Shown piece after piece: positions 22,586 through 37,269 of a stretch of DNA of 64,000 nucleotides. The first letter of the stretch is position 1; each line of letters begins with the position of its first letter. A program made the position numbers and the translations under genes. Source of the stretch: the human T2T-CHM13v2.0 reference genome, Homo sapiens; assembly GCF_009914755.1 (NCBI RefSeq), contig NC_060941.1. The stretch is one strand, 5' to 3'. The notes beneath the pieces are model-generated. The model was given only the letters and a program-made list of their open reading frames with translations, was not told the DNA's origin and ran no database searches.

Positions 22586-23689
22586 ACTGGAGGCACTGGG
22601 ACACACGCCTCTCAAAGGGCTGGTGGAACATTGCAGAGCAAAGCCATGCATGGCAACAAGAAATCAGGGTATCAAAGAGATTTCATATCTACCCAAGGAG
22701 TCTCTCTGTTTGTCGGGAGTGCAAGAGAGCAGCAACCACATAATAAGAGTGTGCAGGGCTCGAAGGGTCCTTAGGAGTGGGCACCACCCCCAAATAATGA
22801 AGGGGGGAAACTGAGGCTCCAAGAGGGCCTATGACTTGCACAAGTTCAAGCGGCAAGGTCGGGATTTGCATCCAGGGCTCACTGGGCAGCTACTCCCCTC
22901 TGCCTGCTTGCCCAACCCCTTCCCAATCCAGAGTGGCAGCTTCTTAGCCTGGCACACAGCCCCCATCCCATCCCTGCCACCCACCCTAGGCTCATTGCCC
23001 ATCTTCTCTCCATGCTCAGGTCAAACAGAACTCCTTGTCCTCCCCACCCGCTCTCTCTGCATATGCTGTTCCCTCCAGCTGGGATGCCCTTCCCTCTCCA
23101 GACAGAAACACTCCAGCCTGGCTCCCTGACTCACTAGAAGATTCCGAAGCATCCTTTACTCCTCAGCTCACATCCATTCTGCAAAACGTCTCTGTTCAAG
23201 AATCCCAGGCAGCAGCACCAAGCCCAGCAAGTTCCTGTATGCACCACCCATTCCATCTTCAGGCATTGAGTATGCCCCTACTATGTGCATCGCCATGTGG
23301 TGGGCACAGGGAAGGCCTCTGTCTAGCTGGGGGAGGGGGAGGGGTGGGCAGACAAGAAACAAACTTAGAATTGTCTCAAAGAGGTCGGGAGGGGTTGGAG
23401 AGGTTGGGCCCAGGGTGGAAGAATTCCGGAGACCAAGGCCTCCCTCACTGACTCTAAGTAATGTTCAAGCCTCGTTGGGTCTCTGTAGTCTCATCTGCAA
23501 AATGAGACTTATAATACCATTTCCATCTGGAGGCAGGGGCATGGACGAGATGACTTCCTAAGGACTCTACAGGCTTTTAGGCCATGTAGGGTGCTGATGT
23601 GTTGCTTAATCAGAGCAGACAAACTCTGGGGTGAGAAGGCTTCCTGGAGGAGGTGTTTTTGGAGGGGAGGAAAGTGTATCCCAAGAGGC

Positions 23690-23900
23690 GGTGTGGTTCA
23701 GTGGTTAGGGTTCTACAGCCAGGCTGCCTACCACAAATCCCAGCCCTACCACTGACTTGGAGTATCTCACTGAGCAAATGACTTATCCATTCAGTGCCTC
23801 TGTTTTCTTGTGTGTGAAATGGGATAATAGGACCTACCATCTGGTTCTTAGGAAGTTTGAACGAGTTGGCCTATGTCAGGTGATTGGCACAATGCCCTGC
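23690..23900 (+). mobile_element. MIR
   Basis: gtgtggttcagtggttagg...aaatcccagc...gtgcctctgttttc...tgtgaaatgggataatag. Confidence 0.75.
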
Positions 23901-24239
23901 CTGTCCGAAGAGCCCCCTGCACGTGAGCTATGTTTATATTGCTCCCCTAGTGAAAGCCTCACAGACTCAAACCCAGCTCCTACAAGACCTTGAGGTCCCA
24001 GCCCAACGGCCCTCTTCCACCCCTCCAAACCCCTACCGCCACAAGCACACGCCAGACCCACCACACCCCCCATGCTTTTTCCTCTTCTTGGAACTCTCTT
24101 TCTGCCCCTTCCTTACCACGCCCCGTGAACTTGGCCTGGCTGGCTGCTCCTCTTCGCAGCCTTTCCTAAAGCATCCCTGTCTCAATCACACGACCAGGCA
24201 CCTTTAGTTTTCCGATCTTCCCCGGTAGAGGGCCAGCTT

Positions 24240-24374
24240 TGGAAGGGCAGGGGCCTTGCCCATCTTGTTCATCTGTGTAATTTCAGGGCTCAGAACAGCC
24301 CCTGGAGTGTTACAGGTGCTTGATGTATTTGCTGGAGGAATGAACGGATGGATGAATGAATGAATGAATGAATG
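24240..24374 (+). mobile_element. L2 3' end with (GAAT)n tail
   Basis: tcttgttcatctgtgta...aggtgcttgatgtatttgctg...gaatgaatgaatg. Confidence 0.7.
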
Positions 24375-26239
24375 AGGAGTTGACCAGCCTGAACTGCAGA
24401 GGAGGGAATGCTATGAGGGAAGGCCCCACTGCCCAGGCCACCTCACAGGCTTCCTGCAGGACCTTGGTCAGTGTTGACGTGAGACTTGGCAGGCCTGGCT
24501 GGGCCCTGGAGTGGGGAGAGAGTCCCAGGGAGGCAGTGCAGGTGGTGGGCCTCTCAAAGCCCCGCTTGCCAGGGAAGAAGTGCAGCCTCTCGGTACACAG
24601 CAGCTGAAGGCCCGCTAGACAAGGGAAGCTTGGAGAACCCGGCCAGGCCACTGCGGAGGTGTTGGCAGCCCCTCCCACCGGAGCAGTGGCCATCTGGCCT
24701 GGACAGAGGGCCCTCCGCAGGCCCTGGCTCAGCCCCAGCCTGGGCAGCCTCCCTGCTGCTGGCCTGCGTCACGGGGCCTGCCGAGGGCAGCTGCACCCTC
24801 TGCCAGGCCCGATGGGAAGGGCTGGACAGAGCCGAGGCCTCCTGGGCTCCCTGGCCCCCACATCCCCCAAAGCAGGAGGTCAGGATAAAGGAACTTCTCT
24901 TTCCCAGAAATCCAGTCTGAGGGCTCTGAGGATGCAGGCCTGGAGCTCCGCAGGCCTGCAGGGAGGCCAATGCCTACCTCCAAGGAGAGGGGATTCAGGG
25001 AGGGTCTGGGTCAGGAGGCCTCCCCCTTCCCGGCTTCCAGACCTGACGGGGAGGTGAGGGCCCACACGGCCTGGATCTGCTGCCTCCATCCCTCTTCCCC
25101 AACCCCCAGCTTGCTGCACTGTGCTTGGGCAGCAGAACTGAGGTGCTCACAGGGTCCCAAGGCCAGGCCTGGGGTGGACAGCAGCCCAGGGTGCAGTGGC
25201 ATCACAGTGCCCAGGTAGCTCTCAGCTCTGCTTCTCACTGGGAAGTCGTCCTAGTCACCTAAGTTTCACCACCCCCTCCCCCTGCTGGTTCCCTAGTGTG
25301 GCCACAGCCAGGACTGACCAATGTCGGGGACCTCTATGAAGGACACCCCAGCTCCAGAGCTCCCGAGGGCTCACTGGGGCCCCAGCCAACCGGCCCCGAG
25401 GCCCAGCTTCATCCTCACCTTCCTGCAGACCTCACTCCCTCGCAAGCATCTCCCCTGAGACCACTGCCCAGCACCTCCCACCCAGCATGCTCCTGAGGTT
25501 CATTCCCAGGGAGCCCAAGCTAAGACACAGGGACAGCTGCCTTCTACGTGTGAACTGGAAAAACTATGTGAGTCCCCCCACACACCCCTACATCCTCCAA
25601 GCTCTTCTGCCCTGCTCAGGAAACAAGTGTGGAGACGGGGCTGGAGGCAGGTGATGGGCAGGACCTTTCTTCTTCCTCCCAAGAATACTCTGCAGCAACT
25701 CTGCCCATTTCACAGATGGGGCTGGGCAAGGACTCTGGGTCTAGAGGCAGCTTGAGGGTTTAGAAAGAGGCACCCAAGCACGGCTGCAGGTCAGAATCAT
25801 TGGGGCACCTGCCAAAAATCTGGATTCCTGGCCCCACCGATTCTGAGTTGACAGGTCTGGGGTGGGACCAGGCATCAACCATTTTGAGGGACCCCCACCC
25901 CCACCCCAGGGTGAACACCTTTAGAGTTTGGCTTCAGCCTCTTGTCTTGGCTGGGCCAGGAGGAGATGGGGAGGAGGGAGACCAAGGCTTCAAGGTGCCG
26001 GGGGCCCAAGGCAGGTCCTGCCTTCCATCCTGACATACACATTCAGCTGGGGGCCCTGCAGGCTCCCCTCCCTGAGCCCTGGGTACACCTGACCACACCC
26101 GGAGGCTCAACCTCCACCTTGCTCCCCTGGCCAATCCCGGTCTGGGGCAGGAGAAATTGAAGCAACTTTACCAACCAACAATCTTCACTTAACCGCCACA
26201 TTTCTCAACCCCCACCCCACTCTCTAGCATGTCCTCTGA

Positions 26240-26430
26240 GGCAGACTTTGTCCTGTTTTGTTCATCATGCACTGGACCTGGCACATAGTAGGTGCTCAAT
26301 AAAACATCTGTTGAATGAATTCACTGGCTGGATGAATGTCCCCCTTACTAGCTGTGTGACTTTGAGGATGCAAAAGTCTCCCTACCATAAAGTGGGCGTA
26401 ATAACACCTCCTGCCCCAGGGGTTGTGGTA
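26240..26430 (+). mobile_element. L2 3' end followed by a MIR fragment
   Basis: cctggcacatagtaggtgctcaataaa...ttgaatgaat, then tactagctgtgtgactttg. Confidence 0.65.
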
Positions 26431-26689
26431 AGTAATAAGCCATATGGGTGAGGAGCTGAGCCCAGTGCCCGGCACAGAGTCAAGTCTCCTAGATCTTGCC
26501 CTGCTGCCCCTGCTGTGCCCTCTGATGGCCCAATGTCCCTACTCCTGCCCAGAGGCCTCCTCTTACTCTGCCAGTCCTCTTCCCAGAGGACAGGGCCAAC
26601 TCCAGGTGTCCAGACCACGCTGCCACCTGCCAGCGGTGCCCAAAGCTGGAAGCCCCTGCCTGAATGCCAGAGGGACACAAGATACTGCG

Positions 26690-26904
26690 CATGGGCATAT
26701 ACACACACGCATGCACACACATTTGCATACATACATATACACATGGGCACATACCCATGCTGCACACTTCACACACCCCCACACCCCACACCTGCACACA
26801 TATACACCCATGCGCACATCCACACACATACACCTGTACTGAACACATGCACATGCCCCGTGCACACCTGTTCACACCCAACACGTGCACACACACACAC
26901 ACAC
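26690..26904. repeat. CA-rich low-complexity repeat
   Basis: Interrupted CACA/CATA/CATG runs. Confidence 0.9.
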
Positions 26905-27974
26905 CTCTGGGCTCTGACCTGCTGCGTGTGGTTCCCTACAGATCCAGCCTTTCCCCACCAGGCCTTTCCTGGGCTTACAGGAGTGGGGGTGCTGATCCCT
27001 GGATTTCCCATCCCAAAGGACAGGGTGGTCAAGGTCCCTCCCTGCAGGCCTACCCCTTTCCTGGTGGGACAGATCCCCCTTCAAGACAGAACTCGCTGCC
27101 CAGCTGCTCTGAGGAGTGTGGTTCGAGGACAGCCTCCTGGGGGCACCTCAGCTTTCTAGCCCGCCTCACTCGTGCTCTTCAGGGGAGGGGGCACAAAGGG
27201 CCGGTTACTGGCTGAGCAAGACAGGGGCCCAGGCCCTGGCTGTCTCCACCCAGAGTGGTCTTTGCTTTGATCCCATGGGCTGGCAGAGGCAGCACAGGGC
27301 TGCATCCCAGGCTGCCGGCTCCCCGTGCTGCAAGCTGCTTCCTCCTGGCTCCACCACTAACCACCACAGCACCTGCTTCCTGGACAGCCTCACCTGTGAT
27401 AGGTGAACCCTCAGATGAGACCAGGGCAGGAATAGCCTCCTCAAGGCCACCCCCAGGGCCCCAGGTGGCCCAGCCTCAGGGTCGAGCTGTTTTACACAGG
27501 CCAACTGGCATTTCTGTCTGTGACCTTGGTAATCCCAGCACCAGCTTTATGAGCATGGGCTTGGTTTTCTTTTGTTCATGAGAGGGTTTAGTACTGGAGC
27601 TTCTGGATTTCTGGGACAGTGGGGACCAGCAAGGACCTGTGAGATGATCTCATCCACAGATGAGGAAAGGAAAGCCCAGAGAGGGCCAGGACCTGCCCAA
27701 GGTCACACAGCAATGGGACAGCAGAAACGAAATGCAAGTCTGGTCTCCTGCCTCCCAGCCCAGCAGCTGGGACCAGCTCTCATCCTCAACAGCCCCTCCC
27801 TCCACACACCCTGGTCTCTGATTTTGTTCCTCTGAAATCACACCTCCCCCAGGAAAACTCTGGGTCTACCCACTCCTGTGCCCTGGGAGGTATAGCCCCA
27901 CATTCTCCTTGAGAAGTATCTGTGTGTGTTGCTTGATAAAGGTTCAGCATCAATCCGCTTGCCAGCTAGAAGGA

Positions 27975-28200
27975 GAACACAGCTGGACTTTGAGACCTGG
28001 GTTCAAAGCCCCACATTGCTTTCTCTTGTCATGTGATGCTGGACAACAGAAGCCAGCCCTCTGAGCTTCAATTTTCTCATCTGTAAAATGGGCTGCTAAG
28101 ACTCACCTAATGGTTCGTTGTAAGGATTAAATGAAGTGAAGTATGTGTATGAACAGCTAACACTGGCTAAGCACTTACAGCAGGGCAGATAAATGCATTA
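27975..28200 (+). mobile_element. MIR
   Basis: cctgggttcaaa...ctctgagcttcaattttctcatctgtaaaatggg...aggattaaatga. Confidence 0.8.
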
Positions 28201-28993
28201 TCTCATTACATGTGACCCAGGTTTGGGGAAAAACTTTCCAGGACAGCACCTGACATACCCCCACATGCCGTCTTCCCCAAATGAGCTCCCGGAAGTGGAG
28301 TCATCCTCTTCCCTTGGTCTCCCCTGCCCACGCTCACTGGGATGTGGTGTGTGGGTGGGTGCCTGGTGGTAAGCAGGGCACCACCGCAGAGCCAAGAAAA
28401 GGTTTCCCAAATTCCCCCACGTACTGGGTCCTGCAGTTTAACTGAACCACCAACGTTTTGCGCCTTTTTTCCTGCAACCCTGAACCTTGAATGCTCCTGT
28501 GCTGCCACCTACTGGCCAGGAAGATAAGAGCAAGCAGGGGCTCATGGAATTTGGGGATAATTATAATCAGTAATGATATTTAAAATATGTTTAATAAACT
28601 AGCAATCAGCAGAGTTCTGAAGCCCCTATTGGGCTCAAGGTTAACGCTTTAGAATCTGGGTTGTTAGAAGGGTGAGGTGCCCTGGAGGAGGTTATTTTGA
28701 TATTTTATTGAATGAAATAGCCCAAAACAGCATCACTGAATGTCCTTAATGCCTAAAGACGGTCCATGCCCTGACACTTACCCCACCCCATAGAATCAGA
28801 CCACCATGAATAAGTGTCCTCAGGCCCCCCGGTTCCTGGACTATTTGTACGCAAGATGAGGAGACTCCCCATATGGCCCCTCCCCACCCCCACCCCCAGG
28901 TCCAGACCCAGTCCTTGCCCCTGGAACGGGACCTGGAAGGGAAGCAGACAGCTGGGGCTGCTGCTGAGAGAAACTTGGGCTGCTAAAATCTGA

Positions 28994-29325
<332 letters not shown>

Positions 29326-30129
29326 TGAGACCTTGTTCTGAGAAATGCCTTTAAGTAGTATTCCCCAGGCTCCCAAAGACTTGAATGGCAGCAAAGATTG
29401 GTGGGGTTTGGGGGATTGCAGTGAGGTCTGAATAATGGTGTTGGCAGAGCCTCCAGTGATCATCCAGAACTGAGGACAGAGAGGGAAAGCAGCCTGCCCA
29501 AGGTCAGACAGCAGACCCAGTGACAAGCCCAAGGCAACCGAGAACCTGGAAACTAATGCAGAAACCCTTCGTAAACAGGAGACGCTTTCTGGTTTGCCTT
29601 TCAGAGGCTGCTTCATGAAGCCCCCAAATTCCCCCACATACTGGGTCTTCTTAAAGCAGGAGGCCCCTGGGTCCAGAGAGAAAAGAACTCTGAGCAAAAC
29701 CCTCAGTCCCTCGTCCAGCCTGGACCCAGGCTTGGCCCTGCCTGCAGTTCCTGACTTGACCCAGACACTGTAGTGAACTCAGGCAGGAGGGGCCACACCT
29801 GAGAACCCTCACCCATCACAGCCCAGGTTCTCTTCCCGGCTATCCCCCGGGACAGCCCCAGAGCATGAGCCAAGGGAGTCTGGTCTCCACCTACCTTGCT
29901 TAATCCTTAAAGCCAGTTGTGACACATTGAATAATGTCCTCCCCCAAAAATTTGGAACCTGTGATCATTACCTTCCATGAAAGGGAGCAAAGGAGAAAGG
30001 ACTTTGCGGAAGTGACTAAGCGAAGGATCCTGAGATGGGGAGATAATCCTCTATCGTCCTAGCGGGCCCTAAACGCAAGCACATGGGCCCTTATGAGAGA
30101 GAGAGGGAGAGAGAGAGAGACAGAGGAGA

Positions 30130-31027
<898 letters not shown>

Positions 31028-31909
31028 CTATACAGCAGCCACAGACGCGAATCCAGGGTTCAACAGACATCTGTGGCACAGGCTGCCCTTGCGCCCAGAG
31101 CTGTGCCTGAGAAGTAAATGGCTCACAGAGCAGACAAGATGAAGACATAACCCAACCACAAAAGCCCCCTGGCCCGCCGGGTATACTTTCCTGCAGGGGA
31201 AAGGTGGGCACAGGGGAGTCAGGGAAAGAGAGGCGAGAACTGGAGTCTTGGCTGCAACAGCCAGTGAGTGCATTCTCAGTTCAAGCCACTGCACTGGGCT
31301 CCAGGGACTTCTTTCCACTGTTATTGATTGCACTCTAGAGGAAAATTGGAAAGCACAGGAAAGTAGAAAAAAAAATCCACATTACTATAAGCTTTTGTTT
31401 TATTTCCATCCAGTCATTTGTTTTCCCCACGCATAAGGGTTTGGTTTTGTTTTTATTTTTTTAATTGTGGTAAAATACACATAACAAAATTTATCAAAGT
31501 GTACAGCTCAGCAATATTATTGAATACACTTACAATGTTGTGCAACTAGCACCACCATCCATTTCTAGAACTCTTCATCTTGTCAAACGAAATTCCATAC
31601 CCACAAACAATAACTCTCATGCCTTCCTCCCCAGCCTCTGGCAACCACCATTCTACTTCCTGTCTCTATGATTTTGACTACCCTAAGTGCCTCATATAAG
31701 TGGAATCACACAGAATTTGTCTTTTTGTGACTGACTCATTTCATTTAGCATAATGGCCTTAAGGCTCATCCATGTGGCAGCATACTGCAGGATTCCTTTC
31801 CTTTTTAAGGATGAGTAACATTCACTGTGTGTATGCACCACATTTTGCCTAGCCATTCATTCCTCTGTTGGTGGAAACTTGGGTTACTATAAACATTGGT
31901 GTGCAAATA

Positions 31910-31954
31910 TTAGATAGTGCAAAATTTATTGTGGTTTTTGCCATTACTTTCAAT
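31910..31954. mobile_element. Half MADE1 (Hsmar1-derived MITE)
   Basis: ttagatagtgcaaaatttattgtggtttttgccattacttt resembles one MADE1 arm. Confidence 0.65.
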
Positions 31955-32044
31955 ATCTCTGAGGCCCTGTTTTTAGTTCTTTGGGTTATATACCCAGAAG
32001 TGCAATTTCTGAATCACATGGTAATTCTATGTTCAATTTTTTGT

Positions 32045-32205
32045 TTATGTATGTATGTATGTATTTATTTATGTATGTATGTATGTATGTATGTATTTAT
32101 TGGGAATGGGGTCTTGCTGCATTGCTCAGGGTGGTCTCGAACTCCTGGGCTCAAGCAATCCTCCCTCAACCTCCCAAGTAGCGGGGATTACAGGCATGAG
32201 CCCCT
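32045..32205 (-). mobile_element. Alu monomer/fragment with (TATG)n tail
   Basis: Reverse left-arm sequence after the TATG microsatellite. Confidence 0.8.
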
Positions 32206-32214
32206 GGCTTTATG

Positions 32215-32971
<757 letters not shown>

Positions 32972-34505
32972 ATTTTCTGGGGTTTTTTTGTATTGTTTTT
33001 TTGTTTTTTTTTTTAATAGCAGTCTTCTTAATAGATATGAGGTAATATCTCATTATAGTTTTGATTGGCATTTTTCTAATGCTCATTTTTCCATGTGCTT
33101 ATTGGCCATTTGTCTTTTTAAATGGAGAAATGTATTTTCAAAACCTTTGTCCTTTTTTGAATCAGGTTGTTTGTCTTTTAGTTGTTGAGTTTTAGAAGTT
33201 CTCTATATATTCTAAATATTAATCCTTTATCAGATATATAATTTGCAAATATTTTCCTCCATACTGTGGGTTGCCTTTTTACTCTGTTGATAGTGTCTTA
33301 GGATTAACAAAATTTTTTTAACTTTTATGAAGTCTAGTTTTTCTTTTTTATGAAGTCTGTTGTCTGTGCCTTTGGTGTCATATCTAAGAAATCATTGCCA
33401 AATTCGATGTTGGTAAGCTTTTGCCTGATGTTTTCTTGTAAGAGTTCCATGCATAGGTTTATTATTTGTTCATTTCAGTCCCAAGATGTCATCTGTCACC
33501 CAGGCCATCTGAATCCTTGTTAAAGAAAAGGGCACAACTGTTCTTTGTCATGTCCATCCAGCTGCAGGACTTCTGATACCTCCCTACCATTTGTCAAACC
33601 AACCCCAACTCCTCAGCCTGGTGTTTAAGGCCATCTGCATCCAGCCTTCCCTCCTGACTGGCCTTCCCTCCACTGGCCCCTATACATCCTGTTCACATGG
33701 CTCTTCTCACACGCTCACCCTTGCTCCGTGCCTCTGCTCACCTGGAATGAGCTTCTTCCACCTTCCTCTAATTCCTATAAACAAGAATCCACTGAGACAG
33801 TCCACATTCCAGGGCCCCTGTGCTGGGCCCTGTCCAAGGTCCTGGAGATGAACATAAACAAGATGTGAGAGTGGCGGGAGAGGGTCACGGATGCATTCTC
33901 TTTAAGACTCTTTCGGCTTTGAAGAATAAGAAACTGCTCAAAGTAGCTTAAGCCAAAAGAGAAGCATATTTGAAGGGACACAGGAATTTCTCAGAACAGA
34001 AGGGCAAACAGCCCAGTCAGGGCTCATGGGAACTGGGAATTAGAAAGCTTTCTGCCTCGCCGAGCTTCATAATCTCTGGGCCTCCACTTCCTCTCCTCCC
34101 CTCCCTGGGCTGGCTGCCTCTGCTCACCCATTTTGCCCTTGTCTCGTCATGCCACTGGCCCCCAACTCCACGTCATTGCCTCTCAGCCCAGGGGTCACCA
34201 ACAACAGGCAACGGTGTCTATGCAGCCACATTTCAGACTCTCTCGAGAGAATCTACCTGGCTTCCACACTCTCTAGGGACCCTATTTGTTTGGCATCCTG
34301 TCACTGACTGTGGGTGAGCCCATGGGTCCCTGACTCAGGTGCCCACCCCAGGTCCAATCAGCTGTGGCTGGAGAGGGAGGGTGAGGAAGGCAGGGGCCAC
34401 TGGATCACAAGGTTGTTCTTCCTGGAGATTGCTTCTCCCGGATCAGAGTCTGAATTTTATCAGGATCCCTGGGTGAATCATGGGCAGATTAAAGTGTAAG
34501 AAGCA

Positions 34506-34797
34506 GGCCGGGTGCAGTGGCTCAGCCCTGTAATCCCAGCACTTTGGGCCAAGGCAGGAGGATCACTTGAGGTCAGGAGTTCGAGACCAGCCTGGATAAC
34601 GTGGCAAAACCCTGTCTCTACTAAAAATACAAAAATTAGCCAGGAGTGGTGGTGCGTGCCTGTAATCCCAGCTACTCAAAAGGCTGAGGCAGGAGAATCA
34701 CTTGAACCCAGGAGGCAGAGGTTGTAGTAAGCCGAGATTGTGCCACTGCACTCTACCCTGGGCGACTGAGACTCTGTCTCAAAAAATAAATAAATAA
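34506..34797 (+). mobile_element. Alu (AluS-like)
   Basis: Full dimer; TSD taaagtgtaagaag. Confidence 0.95.
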
Positions 34798-34840
34798 GTG
34801 AAAACAAAAATAATAAAGTGTAAGAAGTGCAGCTGTGGAG

Positions 34841-35352
<512 letters not shown>

Positions 35353-35358
35353 CTAAAG

Positions 35359-35485
35359 CAGGGATTGGCAAGCTTTTCCTCTAAAGGGCTAGATGGTAAA
35401 TACTTTAGACTTGGTGGCCTCAACTCTGCTGTCATAGCACTTAAGCAGCCATAACAATAGATAATAAAGAATAGGCACATGTGGC
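35359..35485. mobile_element. MER58-like hAT fragment
   Basis: cagggattggcaagcttttcctctaaagggctagatggtaaatactttagac. Confidence 0.65.
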
Positions 35486-35729
35486 AGGCAGGATTCTCAG
35501 GCAAGTCTGGGCCCTTTTTGATTTTTGCTGCCATGTCTTGGCTGACCTCAGTTTCTGGACTTCTGGTTTCTGCTTGACTTGTCATCAAATGACCTTTGTT
35601 CTCTCATGGATCTAACACTTGCTCTTCTTGTCTTTATTGGGAGCTCACCTCTCCAGTCTGCCCACAGCTCCCACATGGCTGCCTGGTGGCCAGCACAGCT
35701 CAGAAGCATGGGTGACGGGTAGGAAGTGT

Positions 35730-35945
35730 TGTAGGAACAACAGGTTTGTATGCCCACTGTGCGCTAACAGACCCAGTAACTGAGACAGCAGCGTTGACAG
35801 GGAGAAAGAGTTTAATGATCGCAGGGCACCAAGTGAGGAGATGGAGACCCTCAAATCCATCTCCCACAGTAGTTTTGGGTGAGGTCTCTAAGGGGATTGT
35901 GGAGGGTGAGCTAGTGAAGAACTGGGGCTGTTGACTGGTTGGATC
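35730..35945 (-). mobile_element. ERV1 (MER4-group) LTR fragment
   Basis: gagaaagagtttaatgatcgcagggc...gaggagatggagaccctcaaatccatctccc. Confidence 0.55.
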
Positions 35946-36004
35946 CTTTCAAGAATCATGAGTTTCAGTGCCCTGGTTGGTTCCTACCTGCGCTCATGCC
36001 CCAC

Positions 36005-36450
36005 GGTTGGTATAACAAATTTCCACAAACCAGGTGGCTTAAGACAACAGACATTTCTTTTCTCCCCATCTGGAGCACAGAAGTCTGAAGTTTAGGTGTG
36101 CCCAGCAGGGCTGTACTCCCCATAAAGGCTCTGGGAGGAGTCCTGTGTTTCCTCTCCCCACCTCTGGTGACTTTAGGCACTCCTTGGCTTGTGGCAACAT
36201 CGCTCCAATTTCCACCTCCACTGATATGTGACCTCCTCCGCACCTTTGCGCATTTCAAATCTCCCCCTGCCTTTCTCTCATGGTGCACTTGTCACTGGAT
36301 TTAGGGCCTGCCTGGAGATCCAGGATGATCTCATTTTGAAGCTCTTCACTAATTACATCTGCAAGACCCATTTTCCAAATAAGGTCACATCCACAGCTTC
36401 CTGTGGACATCTATTTGGTGGTTGAGGCACACTATTCAAACCCTTACACC
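36005..36450 (-). mobile_element. MaLR LTR (MLT1B/C-like)
   Basis: ccacaaaccaggtggcttaagacaacag...ttacatctgcaagacccattttccaaataaggtcacat. Confidence 0.8.
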
Positions 36451-37269
36451 ACCCTCCCCATCAAACACACAGGACCAGACTAGGGACAATTGGTGTCTCC
36501 ACTCCACCTCCATCCTAATCAGAACTACAAAGGACAAGGTTTCTGGTCATCCCCATACTACAGCCAGAGCCAGAAGAACATCTGAGAAATAAGGCATGGC
36601 CCCTCTTCTCCAGGAACCCATGGCTCAATGGAAGCAGAGCTGCCAAGAGGAGTGCCATATTTCTACCCCACTATGGCAGTGCCTACCCCTGCCCACTAGC
36701 TCCTTTCAGGTTCTGGAGCTATGCCCGGAGGATGAGATAACGCCCACGGGGAGCCGGAGCATCCTGGAGAGCATCCCATCCTGGATGGATGGGTCTTGCA
36801 GGGCGCCCAGTGATCCTGACACACACACAAACTCCCTTCTGCAGCTTCCGTTCTCCTAGTGCAGGAGATTTTACAGTTGCCAGGATGGCAATTAGGAAGG
36901 GAACGAGCAGCCAAATGGCGCATTCTTGGGCCCCGCAGCCAGCATTCTGTGCTGCCCGTCTCAGTGCCAGGAGGATGAGACTTTCCAGAAAGCAAGCTAT
37001 GTCCAGACAAGATCCATCCTGAACATTAGCTCAGCAACAATGAGGGAAATGAAGAGTAAGCAGGCCTGGCCTGCTGTGCTTCTCTGACAGATGCTGATAA
37101 GAATGGTCCAGCTGGGGACTGCTATACATGGGCCCAGGGAAGAGAGAAGCAGCTGAGAGTTAAGGAGAATTGAGGACAGAGCGTCATGGCAGGAATAAGT
37201 AAATAGGTTAGACTTGGGTTATCTTCCCAGATCTGCTACTAATTCGCTGTGCAAGCTTGGAAAGGTTCG

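Noticed and set aside
22036-22596. 186-aa ORF antisense to SPPL2C (also 20342-20911)
   Set aside because: Expected stop-poor antisense frames of a GC-rich CDS.
26382-27215. Several His/Thr- or Cys/Val-rich ORFs up to 214 aa
   Set aside because: Artefacts of the CA-rich low-complexity repeat.
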